Assembly (NCBI GenBank): GCA_902790465.1
Contig: CADASF010000014.1
Location: 538 to 64,537 of the forward strand
Source of the DNA: an uncultured bacterium
GTDB lineage: Bacteria; Vulcanimicrobiota; CADAWZ01
DNA: 64,000 nt
Reading direction: 5' to 3'
Shown here: positions 49,088-60,176 of the stretch, piece by piece
How the letters are laid out: every line of letters starts with the position of its first letter
How positions within the stretch are numbered: the stretch's first letter is position 1
The notes under the pieces: model-generated
Databases searched by the model: none
What the model was told of the DNA's origin: nothing
What the model saw: the letters and a program-made list of their open reading frames with translations, nothing else
Made by a program: the position numbers and the translations under genes

Positions 49088-50458
49088 ATGGAATTCAAAA
49101 ACAAAAAAATTTCAATAGCAGGATTTGGAAAAAGTGGAAAATCTATCGCTGAGATATTGTTAAAAAATGGGAATGAAATATTTATAAGCGACAGTGGAGA
49201 AGAATCAAAATTCACTGAACTAATAAAAGAACTCGATTCAACAAAAGTACAATATGAATTTGGAGGTCATACTTCAAAAATATATGAAGGCAAAGACCTA
49301 ATTATAATAAGTCCTGGTGTTTCAATATATACTCCCAAAATTCAAGAAGCAATTAAACACAATGTCCCAGTTATGGGAGAAGTTGAAATAGCCTATGAAA
49401 TGGCAAACGCAGATATAATAGCAATAACAGGAACAAATGGAAAATCTACAACTGTAAGCATGATTGACAAAATGCTAAAAGATCATGGCTTAAATTCTAT
49501 TTTGGCGGGAAATATCGGCACTCCCCTATCCTATGAAATATATAACCACAGAGAAGCTGATTATATTGTCGCAGAAATTTCGAGTTTCCAACTTGAATCA
49601 ATATCAAAATTCCGTCCACATATTGCAGGAATCACAAATATAACAGATGATCACACTGATAGACATCATGGTTTTGAAAACTATGTAAAAGCAAAATCGA
49701 GAATTTTTATGAATCAAACAGAAAATGATTTTGCCATTTTAAATGCAGATGATGAAAATGTTCTCAAAGCAGGAGAAGGAATAAAATCCAAAGTTTTACT
49801 ATTTTCAATGGAAAAAGAAATCAATAACGGCTTCTATCTAAAAAATGGAATAGTTTATCAAAGTGAAAATAACATTTCAAAAGAATGTTTCAATATAAAT
49901 GAATTTAAGATACATGGAATACACAATATCAAAAACTTACTTGTTACTCTATGTGTCGGAAAAATATTGAATATAACTCCCCACGAAGTATTAAATTCAA
50001 TAAATGAATATAAGTTAATGCACCATAGACTTGAATTTTCTGGAGAAAAAAACGGTGTAAAATTCTATGATGATTCAAAAGGAACAAATCCAGGTGCTGT
50101 AATCGCAGGTATAAACAGTTTTTCATGTCCTATTGCACTAATTGTAGGAGGAAGGAACAAAGGCTTAAAGTTTGACGAACTCGCAAAAGAAATAGCTAAA
50201 AAAGTTCATACTCTCGTAACTATTGGTGAAGCTGGTCCTGAAATAGGAGAACTATCAAAAAAATATGGAATGAAAAATATAATAGACTGTGGAACTGATT
50301 TTACAAAGGCAATAACAGAAGCATATAAATCAGTAGAAAATTTAAATGGCTGTGTTCTTTTATCTCCTGCAAATGCAAGTTTTGACATGTTCAAATCTGC
50401 AGAAAATAGAGGAGATATATTTAAAGAAATAGTACAAAACCTGATTAAGGAAGATTAG
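49088..50458 (+). CDS. murD: UDP-N-acetylmuramoylalanine--D-glutamate ligase
   Basis: ISIAGFGKSGKS N-terminus; ITGTNGKSTT P-loop. The start is moved to the internal ATG (MEFKNKK). Confidence 0.85.
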   Translation: MEFKNKKISIAGFGKSGKSIAEILLKNGNEIFISDSGEESKFTELIKELDSTKVQYEFGGHTSKIYEGKDLIIISPGVSIYTPKIQEAIKHNVPVMGEVEIAYEMANADIIAITGTNGKSTTVSMIDKMLKDHGLNSILAGNIGTPLSYEIYNHREADYIVAEISSFQLESISKFRPHIAGITNITDDHTDRHHGFENYVKAKSRIFMNQTENDFAILNADDENVLKAGEGIKSKVLLFSMEKEINNGFYLKNGIVYQSENNISKECFNINEFKIHGIHNIKNLLVTLCVGKILNITPHEVLNSINEYKLMHHRLEFSGEKNGVKFYDDSKGTNPGAVIAGINSFSCPIALIVGGRNKGLKFDELAKEIAKKVHTLVTIGEAGPEIGELSKKYGMKNIIDCGTDFTKAITEAYKSVENLNGCVLLSPANASFDMFKSAENRGDIFKEIVQNLIKED

Positions 50459-50491
50459 AAAATATCCCACAATGGGAAGAGGTTTATAATT

Positions 50492-51673
50492 TTGAAAAAA
50501 AAGCCCGATTTAACTATTATTCTAATAAGCGTAATATTGATAATGATTGGAACAGTGATGGTTTTTAGTGCAAGTTCTCCTACTTGTGCAATGCTCTCAG
50601 AATATCATAATGATCCATATTATTACTTGAAAAGACAACTAATAAATATAGCCTTTGGAACAGTAGGATTTTTGATATTTGCTTTTATAAATATAAAAGA
50701 AATGAAAAAATACGGTCATATACTATTTTTATGTAACTTGCTGTTATTAGGCTTGATATTAATTCCAGGAGTTGGGATATCTTCAAAAGGAGCAACTCGC
50801 TGGCTCGGAGTTGGCAGTTTTTCATTTCAACCTGCTGAATTTGCAAAATTATTTTGTATAATATTTATTGCCACTTATCTATCCAAAAGAGGAGAAAATA
50901 TACAATTACCAAAACAATTTTTTATAATAACAGCTTGGATAGTAGGAACTGCATTCTTAATACAATTAGAACCTGATTTAGGAACTGCTCTTTCAATTTG
51001 TTTTGTATTTGTGATAATGTTATATATAGGTGGAGCAAATAAATTACATTTGACAAGTTTAGTTGGTTTAGGAGGAGGATTAGTAACTGCTATTCTCTTA
51101 TTTGGTGGTCATTCATACAGAATTAAGAGATTGACATCTTTCTTAGATCCTTGGAAAGATGCCCAAAACACAGGATACCATGTTTGTCAATCTCTAATTG
51201 CAATAGGTTCTGGTGGTTTTGGATTGGGATTAGGAGAAAGTAGGCAAAAATTTTTATATCTTCCTGAACAACATACAGATTTTATATTTGCAATAATTGG
51301 AGAAGAATTGGGAATTGTTGGAACAATAGTAATAGTGTTACTATTTTGTTTTCTCTTACACAGAGGTTTAAAAATAGCCTCTGAAACAAGTGATCTATTT
51401 TTGAGTTTGCTTGCCATAGGTTGTACTTTAATGATAACTCTACAGGCTTTTATGAATATAGGTGTTGTAGTTGGAATTCTACCTTGCACAGGAATACCAC
51501 TTCCATTTATAAGTTATGGAGGATCGTCATTAATAGCGACGATGATGATGGCGGGTATTTTATTTAATATATCTCAATATTGTTCAAGAGAAGGAATAGG
51601 ATTGCACTTGGAAGATGAAAATTCAAGTCAAGATTATGATTACTCCGAGTGCTTAGATGCAGAAGAAAATTAA
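50492..51673 (+). CDS. ftsW: SEDS-family peptidoglycan glycosyltransferase FtsW
   Basis: 10-TM SEDS architecture; ...GSGGFGLGLGES...TDFIFAIIGEELG... motifs; position in the dcw cluster. Confidence 0.85.
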   Translation: MKKKPDLTIILISVILIMIGTVMVFSASSPTCAMLSEYHNDPYYYLKRQLINIAFGTVGFLIFAFINIKEMKKYGHILFLCNLLLLGLILIPGVGISSKGATRWLGVGSFSFQPAEFAKLFCIIFIATYLSKRGENIQLPKQFFIITAWIVGTAFLIQLEPDLGTALSICFVFVIMLYIGGANKLHLTSLVGLGGGLVTAILLFGGHSYRIKRLTSFLDPWKDAQNTGYHVCQSLIAIGSGGFGLGLGESRQKFLYLPEQHTDFIFAIIGEELGIVGTIVIVLLFCFLLHRGLKIASETSDLFLSLLAIGCTLMITLQAFMNIGVVVGILPCTGIPLPFISYGGSSLIATMMMAGILFNISQYCSREGIGLHLEDENSSQDYDYSECLDAEEN

Positions 51674-51686
51674 AGGCGAAAAAAAA

Positions 51687-52775
51687 ATGAACATAATATT
51701 CACAGGTGGTGGCACAGGTGGTCATCTATATCCAGCAATAGCAGTTGCAAGAGCATTAAAAGCTAAAGATTCAAATAACAATATATTGTTTATTGGCAAT
51801 GAAAATGGAATTGAATCTTCAATAATTCCCAAAGAGGGATTTGATATAAAATTTGTAAAATGCAGTTCCTTCAGTGCAAATCCAATTAAATTGGCAAAAG
51901 GACTTTGTAAAGTTGCAAGTGGAGTATTTGAATCGCTTTCTATAATATCGAAATTTAAACCAAATCTAATTGTTGGAAGTGGTGGTTATGTAAGTGCTCC
52001 TGTTACATTTGCAGGAAGTTTAAAGAAAATACCTGTTGTTCTTCTCGAACAAAACACTATATCAGGAAAAACAAATAGATTTATAGGAAAATTTGCAAAA
52101 AAAATCTGTATAAGTTTTGAAGACACCGCAGGATCATTTCCAAAAGGTAAAACAGTTTTTACTGGAAATCCTGTAAGAGATGATATTATATCTGCAAACA
52201 GAGAAGAATCAAGAAAAGAGCTAAATATCAAAGAAGATCAATTTTGCATTTTAGTTACAGGGGCAAGTCAAGGAGCAAAAAGCATAAACAATGGAATTAT
52301 AGAATGTCTAAAAAAATGGAAAGATAAAGATATAACTATAATTCATTTAACTGGAGAAAAAAATTGGGAGGAGATAAAAAAAGCAACTGAAGAATTGACA
52401 AAAGATTCAAAAATTGATTATAGACCAGTTGCTTATATGAACAATATTGCCTCAGCTTATGCTTCATGTGATTTAGTAATAGCACGAGCAGGAGCAACAA
52501 CACTGGCAGAAATTTCAGATAGAGGCATACCTGCAATTCTAATTCCCTACCCCCATGCAGCTGAAGACCATCAAAAGAAAAATGCACTATTTTTTGAAAA
52601 AAGCAATGCTGCAATAGAAATTGATGATGACAAAATACAAGAAAAATTGTCGGAAACTGTCGAAATGCTTATAAATGACAGAGAAAAATTAAATTCAATG
52701 GGTAATGCATGTAAAAAACTTGGAAAACCTAATGCAGTTTTTGAAATTTTAAAGGTATTAGAAGAAATAAAATAG
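51687..52775 (+). CDS. murG: Undecaprenyldiphospho-muramoylpentapeptide beta-N-acetylglucosaminyltransferase
   Basis: IFTGGGTGGHLYPAIAVA N-terminus. The start is taken at the internal ATG (MNIIF). Confidence 0.9.
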   Translation: MNIIFTGGGTGGHLYPAIAVARALKAKDSNNNILFIGNENGIESSIIPKEGFDIKFVKCSSFSANPIKLAKGLCKVASGVFESLSIISKFKPNLIVGSGGYVSAPVTFAGSLKKIPVVLLEQNTISGKTNRFIGKFAKKICISFEDTAGSFPKGKTVFTGNPVRDDIISANREESRKELNIKEDQFCILVTGASQGAKSINNGIIECLKKWKDKDITIIHLTGEKNWEEIKKATEELTKDSKIDYRPVAYMNNIASAYASCDLVIARAGATTLAEISDRGIPAILIPYPHAAEDHQKKNALFFEKSNAAIEIDDDKIQEKLSETVEMLINDREKLNSMGNACKKLGKPNAVFEILKVLEEIK

Positions 52776-52804
52776 AAGAATAACATTTAACTTTTTTAGG
52801 TATT

Positions 52805-54256
52805 TTGAGGTTTTTTTATACAATGCAACATATTCACTTCATCGGTATCGGTGGAATAGGAATGAGCGGAATTGCTCAAATAATGATAAAAAAAGGCTAT
52901 AAGGTGTCAGGTTCAGATTTGAAAAAATCAAATCTCACAGAAAATCTTGAAGCCATTGGAGCTAAAATTTATTATAATCACAATGAATCAAATATAGATG
53001 GTGCTGATACAGTAGTATATTCAACAGCTATTTCAGAAAATAATATTGAAGTTCAAGCAGCCCAAAAAGCAGGAATTCAAATCATAAAAAGAGCAGAAAT
53101 GCTAGGTTTCTTGATGAATGGCAAAAATGGAACAGCTGTTGCAGGTACACATGGTAAAACAACAACATCATCTATGATTTCCTATGTCTTTAAAAAGATA
53201 GGATTAAATCCAACTGTGATAATTGGAGGAGAACTTTCTGCAATAACATCAAATGCTTCATCTGGAACAGATCCTTATGTAATTGCAGAAGCAGATGAGA
53301 GCGATGCTTCATTTTTGTATTTAGCTCCTAAAATCGCTGTAATAACAAGTATTGATTCAGATGTAAATTTAAATGTAAGACCTTGGAGAGAATATAGAGA
53401 CGACACTCCTCTATTAATGGAAAAAATAAGGGAGACATTTATAAATTTTACAGATAAAGTTGTAGATTCTGGAATTGTTGTTTTATGTGAAGACAATGCA
53501 GAAGTGAGAAAAATAAAACCGAGTATAAAAAGAAAAATAATAACTTATGGAATAGCACATGAAGCAGATTTATTTGCTACAGATATAAAACTATATGATT
53601 TTAAATCATCTTGTGATGTATATCTAAAAGGTGAAAAAATAGGAACTATGAATTTAAATGTTCCTGGCAAGCACAATGTACAAAATGCTCTTGCCTGTAT
53701 AGCCGTATGTATGGGATATGGATTTGATGTAAAAGAAATTATAATTGCACTCGAAAAATTTGGAGGATTAAAAAGAAGATTTGAAGTAATAGGTCGTCCA
53801 ATGGGAACAATGATAGTCGATGACTATGCTCACAATCCTTCAAAAATAATGTCAGCATTACATGCAACAAAAACAGGAAATGCAAAAAGAGTTATAGCAG
53901 TATATCAACCACACAGATATTCAAGATCAAAATATGAAAAAGAAGAATTATCTGAATCTTTTTTTGAAGCAGATAAAGTTATAATAACAGATATATACTC
54001 TGCTGGTGAAAAACCACTTGAAGATATATCTGGCAAAATACTTACTGAACTTACTTCAAAAAAATATCCTAATCTCGATGTAAGTTTCATTGGAAATCCC
54101 AAAGATGCTTTTGATAGTTTAATTGATCAAGTGCAAGAGGGAGACTTGATAATAGCTCTCGGAGCTGGAGATATAACAAATTATATTCATGATTTTTGTG
54201 AAAATCTTGAAAACAAAGAAAGCAAAAAAGAAATTCATAATGTAAATTATGTTTAA
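52805..54256 (+). CDS. murC: UDP-N-acetylmuramate--L-alanine ligase
   Basis: HFIGIGGIGMSGIA N-terminus; GTHGKTTT P-loop. Confidence 0.9.
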   Translation: MRFFYTMQHIHFIGIGGIGMSGIAQIMIKKGYKVSGSDLKKSNLTENLEAIGAKIYYNHNESNIDGADTVVYSTAISENNIEVQAAQKAGIQIIKRAEMLGFLMNGKNGTAVAGTHGKTTTSSMISYVFKKIGLNPTVIIGGELSAITSNASSGTDPYVIAEADESDASFLYLAPKIAVITSIDSDVNLNVRPWREYRDDTPLLMEKIRETFINFTDKVVDSGIVVLCEDNAEVRKIKPSIKRKIITYGIAHEADLFATDIKLYDFKSSCDVYLKGEKIGTMNLNVPGKHNVQNALACIAVCMGYGFDVKEIIIALEKFGGLKRRFEVIGRPMGTMIVDDYAHNPSKIMSALHATKTGNAKRVIAVYQPHRYSRSKYEKEELSESFFEADKVIITDIYSAGEKPLEDISGKILTELTSKKYPNLDVSFIGNPKDAFDSLIDQVQEGDLIIALGAGDITNYIHDFCENLENKESKKEIHNVNYV

Positions 54257-55022
54257 AAGAAAAACGGAAAAAATAAAATTTAAACCAATATTTCATGGCA
54301 GTAGTAGAAGAAAAATGTTTCTTCTTTCTATTTTTCTATTATCTCAAATTATATTTCTGACTTCATCAAGTTTTCTTCTAAATAGTATTGAAATAAAAGG
54401 ATTAGATAGAATTAATGGAAAAGAGGTTGAACAACATTGTAAACCTCCATTTGGTCATTTAATATGGTTTACAAAAACAGACTCAATAAATCAAAGAATT
54501 TTATCAATACCTTGGATAAAAGAATCTAAGATAAAAAAAATATATCCAAATAAACTTTCTATATCACTATCTGAAAGGGAACTTGTATTAGTAGAAGCGA
54601 ATTTAAAAAATCCTAATAAATGGTATGGAATAGATTCAGATGGTTATATTTTGACAGAAATGGATTCAAAAAAGATAAATAATTTTCCAAAAATAGTAAC
54701 TAATGAAGAAATAATATTACATTCGAGAGTTAATAAATTACATATAAAATCTATTTTATTAGTCAATTCAATAATATCTAAAGAAAATAAAAAAAATATT
54801 AAATATTATAAAATTGATGAAGGTGGATATATTTCATTTATATATGACACAGGCAAACGGACATTTGAAGTCAAAATAGGGGAAGCTGAAGATGCTCCTG
54901 AAAAAATGAAGATATTCGATGCGATGAAAGAGCAGATGGGAAGTCAAATAAACTATTTAGAATATATAGATTTGAGATATTCTGAGCCAGTAGTAAAACT
55001 CAGAGGAACTATAAGAAAGTAA
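54249..55022 (+). CDS. ftsQ: Cell division protein FtsQ/DivIB-like (TM + POTRA)
   Basis: Single N-terminal TM; position between murC and ftsA; ~250 aa. Confidence 0.55.
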   Translation: MFKRKTEKIKFKPIFHGSSRRKMFLLSIFLLSQIIFLTSSSFLLNSIEIKGLDRINGKEVEQHCKPPFGHLIWFTKTDSINQRILSIPWIKESKIKKIYPNKLSISLSERELVLVEANLKNPNKWYGIDSDGYILTEMDSKKINNFPKIVTNEEIILHSRVNKLHIKSILLVNSIISKENKKNIKYYKIDEGGYISFIYDTGKRTFEVKIGEAEDAPEKMKIFDAMKEQMGSQINYLEYIDLRYSEPVVKLRGTIRK

Positions 55023-55068
55023 CATTAAAAAGTTAAAGTAATCCTATAGTAAAAAGGATTTTCATAAA

Positions 55069-55821
55069 GTGAACAATAAAAACAATCAACACAATAAAGG
55101 AAATTGGCAAATTCCAATAGCAATAACTTGTATGTTACTTGGAATAGTGGTTACAATGCAGTTTAAGATGCAAGAAAAAGCAGGTTTTCCACAACTTTCA
55201 AACAACAGAAATGACATGATAAAAATGGTTCATGAACTTGAATTCCAAAAGAACAAACTGGAAAAAGACCTTGAACAAAAAAAGAAAGAACTCAGCAATT
55301 TCGAACAGGCTGCAGGAAGTAAAGAAGACATATTGAAAGCTATGCAAAATCAGCTTGATGCAATAAGAACAGAAGCTGGATATACAGATGTAAAAGGTCC
55401 AGGTATAATCGTTGAATTGTCAGATTCAGCAAAAAGACCTGCTCCAAAAGATGATCCATTCTTTTTTATTGTCCATGATGTTGACATTGCAACACTTGTA
55501 AATGAATTATGGGCATCTGGTGCAGAGGCAATTTCCGTAAATGGTCAAAGAATTGTTGTAAACACTGCAATAAGATGTGTTGGTCCGACAATTCTTATAA
55601 ATTCAGTTAGATTAGCTTCACCATATAAAGTAATTGCAATAGGACCTTCAAAAGACTTAGAGGGAGCATTAAAAACTCCTGGTGGATTTGTTGATTATAT
55701 GACCCCCTCTACAAACCAAGGAGTAAATCTCAGTATAAACAAATACGATAATTTGGAAATATCTGGATTTAAGGGAAGTATGATTTTAAGATATGCAGTT
55801 CCAACAGGAGCTGAAAAATAG
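55069..55821 (+). CDS. DUF881 family protein (YlxW/YlxX-like, division-cluster associated)
   Basis: N-terminal TM; conserved GPGIIVEL...DDP...VHDVDIATLVNELWASGAEAISVNGQRIV block; occupies the ftsQ-ftsA interval as in Bacillus. Confidence 0.65.
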   Translation: MNNKNNQHNKGNWQIPIAITCMLLGIVVTMQFKMQEKAGFPQLSNNRNDMIKMVHELEFQKNKLEKDLEQKKKELSNFEQAAGSKEDILKAMQNQLDAIRTEAGYTDVKGPGIIVELSDSAKRPAPKDDPFFFIVHDVDIATLVNELWASGAEAISVNGQRIVVNTAIRCVGPTILINSVRLASPYKVIAIGPSKDLEGALKTPGGFVDYMTPSTNQGVNLSINKYDNLEISGFKGSMILRYAVPTGAEK

Positions 55822-56211
55822 ATGTGGATTTTACTAGGTCTTATACTTGGAATAATAATAGCCTTTATTCTTCCATCACAATTTGCTTTTCCTATGGCAT
55901 ATTCAACATATATATCTGTTGCATTTTTAGCAGGTCTTGACTCTGTCATAGGTGGAATTAAAGGAGGAATTGAGGGAAAATTTGATTTATCTGTTTTTAT
56001 TTCTGGATTTATAATGAATACTCTTCTTGCTGCTCTTATAACATGGATGGGAGATAGAATTGGAGTTGATTTATATATGGCAGCAATAGTTACATTTGGA
56101 GTTAGAATTTTTAATAATTTTGGTTATATAAGACATGATCTTATGAACACAAACCAAAATTTACAGACAAATGAAACAAAAATAAATGAAGACATAAAAA
56201 AAGAACAGTAA
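55822..56211 (+). CDS. sbp: Small basic protein Sbp-like (DUF1290) membrane protein
   Basis: ~125 aa hydrophobic protein immediately upstream of ftsA; gene order as in B. subtilis (ylxW-ylxX-sbp-ftsA). Confidence 0.55.
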   Translation: MWILLGLILGIIIAFILPSQFAFPMAYSTYISVAFLAGLDSVIGGIKGGIEGKFDLSVFISGFIMNTLLAALITWMGDRIGVDLYMAAIVTFGVRIFNNFGYIRHDLMNTNQNLQTNETKINEDIKKEQ

Positions 56212-56251
56212 AAACGGCAAATATTTTTAAATGTTTATGTGAGGATCGAAA

Positions 56252-57490
56252 TTGAGTAGAACAGAAATTATAGCAGGAATAGACCTCGGATCAAGATATA
56301 TAAGATGTATTGTTGCCGAAGCATCTGAAAATTCGTCTATAAATATTTTGGGGATTGGAAAAGCTGTTTCAAAAGGAATAAGGCAAGGTGTTATAATAAA
56401 TATAGAAGACGCCTATAGATCTATATTGGAAGCAGTACAGGAAGCAGAACATATAGTAGGTTTTAAGTTAAAAAATGTATATGTTGGACTTGGAAGTAAA
56501 TTTGTTGCAGTACAATTTGAACCTGGTAGTGTAGCAATAACAAGCCAAGAAAAAATAATAACAGAAAATGACATTAGAAAAGTTAAAGATTCTGCAAGAT
56601 CTGTAGCAAAAATTCCTCAATATAATCTCATTCAAATAGTCCCATGTGGCTATACAGTAGATGGTTTTTTTGCAGGTATAAAAGAACCTGTAAATATGTC
56701 TGGTCTGAGATTAGAACTCAATGCTATGATAGTAACAGCAATGGAAACATATATTTCCAACATCTCAAAGGCCATAGATGAAGCAGGTCTTGAAATAGAC
56801 TATGATGGATTTGTACTTGGAAGTTATTGTTCTGCACTATCTACACTTTCAGAGGAGATGAAAGATCTCGGAGTTCTATTGATGGACATAGGTAGTGAGA
56901 CAACAAATGTCATAATATATAGAAATAAAAGAGTAACATTCTACAGGTTCTTTCCTTTTGGAGGAGAAAATCTAACAAGAGATATTTCAAATATATTTGG
57001 AATAAAACCAAATGAAGCAGAAAGACTTAAAATAACAAAAGGGAATGCCTGTGCTGATTTAATAGAAGAAGATGAAGAACTATATGGAGATTCTATTACA
57101 TCAAATACACCAGTAAAAATATTAAAAGAAGAATTGGCTCAAGTTATAGAAATAAGAATGAACCAAATTTTAGGTAGAATAAAACAGGAATTAAATGTAT
57201 ATTTGAGTAAAAATCCTATTGGGGCAATTGTTTTAACAGGTGGAACATCAAATTTAAATGGAATAGAAACATGTGTCGGAAGATTATTTGATCGCCCTGT
57301 AAGAATAGGCAAAATAATAGAGCCAAAAGGTTTATCTGAAGAGCTTGCACAAACAGAAAATTCAATGTTAATGGGACTTATATTACATGGGGCAAGTAAA
57401 TCTGAAAGAAAAACAGATAAACCGCCTTCAAAATCAAAATTTTCAGATTTTTGGGATAAAGTCTTACAAATAGGCAAAGATATTTTTTAA
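56252..57490 (+). CDS. ftsA: Cell division protein FtsA
   Basis: Actin-fold ATPase: IAGIDLGSRYIRCIV..., DIGSETTNVIIY, ...LTGGTSNLNGIE.... Confidence 0.9.
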   Translation: MSRTEIIAGIDLGSRYIRCIVAEASENSSINILGIGKAVSKGIRQGVIINIEDAYRSILEAVQEAEHIVGFKLKNVYVGLGSKFVAVQFEPGSVAITSQEKIITENDIRKVKDSARSVAKIPQYNLIQIVPCGYTVDGFFAGIKEPVNMSGLRLELNAMIVTAMETYISNISKAIDEAGLEIDYDGFVLGSYCSALSTLSEEMKDLGVLLMDIGSETTNVIIYRNKRVTFYRFFPFGGENLTRDISNIFGIKPNEAERLKITKGNACADLIEEDEELYGDSITSNTPVKILKEELAQVIEIRMNQILGRIKQELNVYLSKNPIGAIVLTGGTSNLNGIETCVGRLFDRPVRIGKIIEPKGLSEELAQTENSMLMGLILHGASKSERKTDKPPSKSKFSDFWDKVLQIGKDIF

Positions 57491-57535
57491 AATAACCAGT
57501 CCTGTCTTTTCCGGAGACAGTTTTCGATATATTGA

Positions 57536-58768
57536 ATGGAGGTTAAAATTTTGAATACATCCAAAAATGATAAATACATTCCAGCAGGAATAGAAAAATT
57601 GACACAGACAATAAACAAAACACAAAATATGTCAAAGTCAGCAAATACAGATTTAAATACATCAGAAAAATATGCTGGAATAAGAGTTGTTGGAGTTGGT
57701 GGTGCAGGCTGTAATGCTGTAAATAGAATGATTCACACTGGTTTAAAAGGTGTTGATTTTATAAGCATAAATACTGACCCACAAGCACTATTTTTATGTG
57801 ATGAAACAGCGAGACGAATACCTATAGGACAAAATACTACCAAAGGTGTTGGTGCAGGTGGAAATCCTGAAATCGGTCAAAAAGCAATCGAAGAAAACAG
57901 AGCTGAAGTAGTATCTGCACTTCAAGGAGCTGATATGATATTCATAACAGCAGGAATGGGTGGAGGTACAGGAACAGGAGCTTCTCCGATAGTTGCTGAA
58001 ATAGCAAAAGAAATAGGAGCTTTATCAGTTGCTGTTGTAACAAAGCCATTCTCATTTGAAGGAAAAATGAGAGGTATGATAGCCGATCAAGGAATAGCCA
58101 AACTAAAAGAAAAAGTAGATGCTCTAATAGTAATTCCAAATGACAATCTCTTAAAAGTTGTTGACAAAAAGACATCTCTCATTGATGCTTTTAAAGTAGC
58201 AGATGATGTATTGAGATATGGAGTTCAAGGAATAACAGATATAATGACAATTCCTGGACTCATTAATGTTGATTTTGCAGATATACAGACAATAATGTTA
58301 AATAGTGGATCAGCTTTAATGGGCATTGGAATGGCAAATGGAGATCAAAGAGCTGCTGCTGCTGCAGAAGAAGCAATCAAAAGCACACTTCAAGATACTT
58401 CTATCGATGGTGCAAAAGGTGTATTATTCTGTATAACAGGCTCAAGTTCAATGACACTTGCAGAAGTTGATGAGGCTTCAAGGATAATATCCCAAGCCGT
58501 AGATCCTGATGCAAAAATAATATTCGGAACTGTCATAGATGAAGCCTATGCTGATAATATAATGGTTACTGTTATAGCAACAGGTTTTTCTTCAGCAGAA
58601 GATTCACTTTCAATCATGGCAGATGATGAGCAACAGGATTATTCTCAACAGTACAATACATATCAACAATCAGATTATGGAAAATCTGAAGATTATGATC
58701 AGATATCTTCAATTCCAAGTTTTTCATCGGCTCAAAGTATAAGGGAAAGATTTTTAAAGAGAAAATAA
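57536..58768 (+). CDS. ftsZ: Cell division protein FtsZ
   Basis: Tubulin signature [10 protein letters not shown]; [17 protein letters not shown]; conserved C-terminal peptide. Confidence 0.95.
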   Translation: MEVKILNTSKNDKYIPAGIEKLTQTINKTQNMSKSANTDLNTSEKYAGIRVVGVGGAGCNAVNRMIHTGLKGVDFISINTDPQALFLCDETARRIPIGQNTTKGVGAGGNPEIGQKAIEENRAEVVSALQGADMIFITAGMGGGTGTGASPIVAEIAKEIGALSVAVVTKPFSFEGKMRGMIADQGIAKLKEKVDALIVIPNDNLLKVVDKKTSLIDAFKVADDVLRYGVQGITDIMTIPGLINVDFADIQTIMLNSGSALMGIGMANGDQRAAAAAEEAIKSTLQDTSIDGAKGVLFCITGSSSMTLAEVDEASRIISQAVDPDAKIIFGTVIDEAYADNIMVTVIATGFSSAEDSLSIMADDEQQDYSQQYNTYQQSDYGKSEDYDQISSIPSFSSAQSIRERFLKRK

Positions 58769-58815
58769 CCGGAAAATAAAAACCTCCAAAAAATATAGTA
58801 AGGATATATGATAAA

Positions 58816-59145
58816 ATGGCAGATTTTATGCAACAAGCAATGGACGCTCTAAAAGCAATGAAGGACAAAAACATAAGTTTAGATGATCTAATACCAAAAG
58901 ATACTTATGGACTTGTAAAAAATGTAATTGCTTCACTTGGTCAACAGGCATGGATAAACTTGGGAATGCAACCAAATCCAATGACGCAAAAAATTGAAAA
59001 AGATTTAAAACAGGCAAAATTGGCTATCGATTGTACAACAAGTCTATGTGAAATAATGAAACCATATTCTTCTCCAAGGGAGAAAATAGAATTGGATACT
59101 TTAGTACAAAATTTGCAATTAAACTTTGTACAACAAAATCAATAA
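58816..59145 (+). CDS. Small conserved hypothetical protein (109 aa) downstream of ftsZ
   Basis: ORF with a plausible RBS; possibly DUF1844-like (unverified). Confidence 0.4.
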   Translation: MADFMQQAMDALKAMKDKNISLDDLIPKDTYGLVKNVIASLGQQAWINLGMQPNPMTQKIEKDLKQAKLAIDCTTSLCEIMKPYSSPREKIELDTLVQNLQLNFVQQNQ

Positions 59146-59241
59146 AATATAACAAAAGCACAATAAAATTCTATTGTTAAAGGGCAATTTATTAATATAC
59201 CATATTTTTTTAAATTTATGGTTAGTATGTCAAAAATTATC

Positions 59242-59270
59242 TTGCATTTTAATTGTTTTTTGTGTATAAT
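59242..59270 (+). promoter_or_regulatory. Sigma-70-like promoter (TTGCAT-17 nt-TATAAT) ahead of the pspA operon
   Basis: Seen directly. A TTGGCAAAGTCT motif downstream resembles the half-site of the 1166-1186 palindrome. Confidence 0.4.
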
Positions 59271-59354
59271 AGAAAACAGTAAAATTTATGTAAAATTATT
59301 ATTTGGCAAAGTCTATTAACAAAGTTCTAATCTTCTACGAAAGGATATAATACT

Positions 59355-60125
59355 GTGTTTAAAAGAATTAGTAAAATTTTTAAGGGTTTTATGAGTCTAT
59401 TTATCAAAAATATTGAGACTAAAAATCCAGAAGCTCTTCTCGAAGCTCAAAAAGAAGAATTAAGAGAAAAAGTATCTCAATTCAATACAAATTTAGCAAA
59501 ACAGGCTGGTTTTGTCGCAAGATTAGAGAGATTTGTAGCTGAAAGAGAAAAGAAAGAAAAAGAACTTTTGGCAAAAGCTCAAGCAAATCTAAAAGCAGGT
59601 AATACAGAAATTGCAGGAAAAGCTGCAATGGAACTAAAGACAACTCGTACAGAATTAGAAGGCTACAAAGCCCAATTAGTAACAGCTAAAAAATCTTACG
59701 AACAACTTGTAAAGACAAAAGATGTAACAATAAAAGAAGCAAAAGCAAAACTTGAATCTCTACAACAGAAACTTTCACAAGTCAAGATGAAAGAAGCAGA
59801 AGCAGAACTTCAAGAAATGTCTCAATCTATGGTTGGAGAACTTGGAGCTGGTGGAGATACAATGAATCGCCTTGACGAACAGCTCAATGAGAGATTGGAA
59901 CTTGCAACAGGAAGAGCACAAGTTGCCAAAGATTCTGCTGATTTCTCAGATGTCATGATGAAAGAATCAGAACAAAAAGCTCTTGAAAGCCAAGCACTTG
60001 CAGAACTTGCAGCTTCAATGGGAATGGATTATTCACCTTATGGACCAGCTCCTGTTGCTGAAAAATCAATGGGTCCACAAAGTGGAGTTTCATTAGAAAA
60101 AGAAACACAACTTGACATAATTTAG
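59355..60125 (+). CDS. pspA: PspA/IM30 (Vipp1/LiaH) family protein, ESCRT-III superfamily
   Basis: N-terminal amphipathic helix FKRISKIFKGFMSLF, long coiled coils, and the PspA-like ...LESLQQKLSQVKMKEAEAE... region; ~250 aa. Confidence 0.6.
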   Translation: MFKRISKIFKGFMSLFIKNIETKNPEALLEAQKEELREKVSQFNTNLAKQAGFVARLERFVAEREKKEKELLAKAQANLKAGNTEIAGKAAMELKTTRTELEGYKAQLVTAKKSYEQLVKTKDVTIKEAKAKLESLQQKLSQVKMKEAEAELQEMSQSMVGELGAGGDTMNRLDEQLNERLELATGRAQVAKDSADFSDVMMKESEQKALESQALAELAASMGMDYSPYGPAPVAEKSMGPQSGVSLEKETQLDII

Positions 60126-60176
60126 TAGAAAAGTACCACAATATCCCAAAATATAAAAAATGGGAGAATAGTTTTT

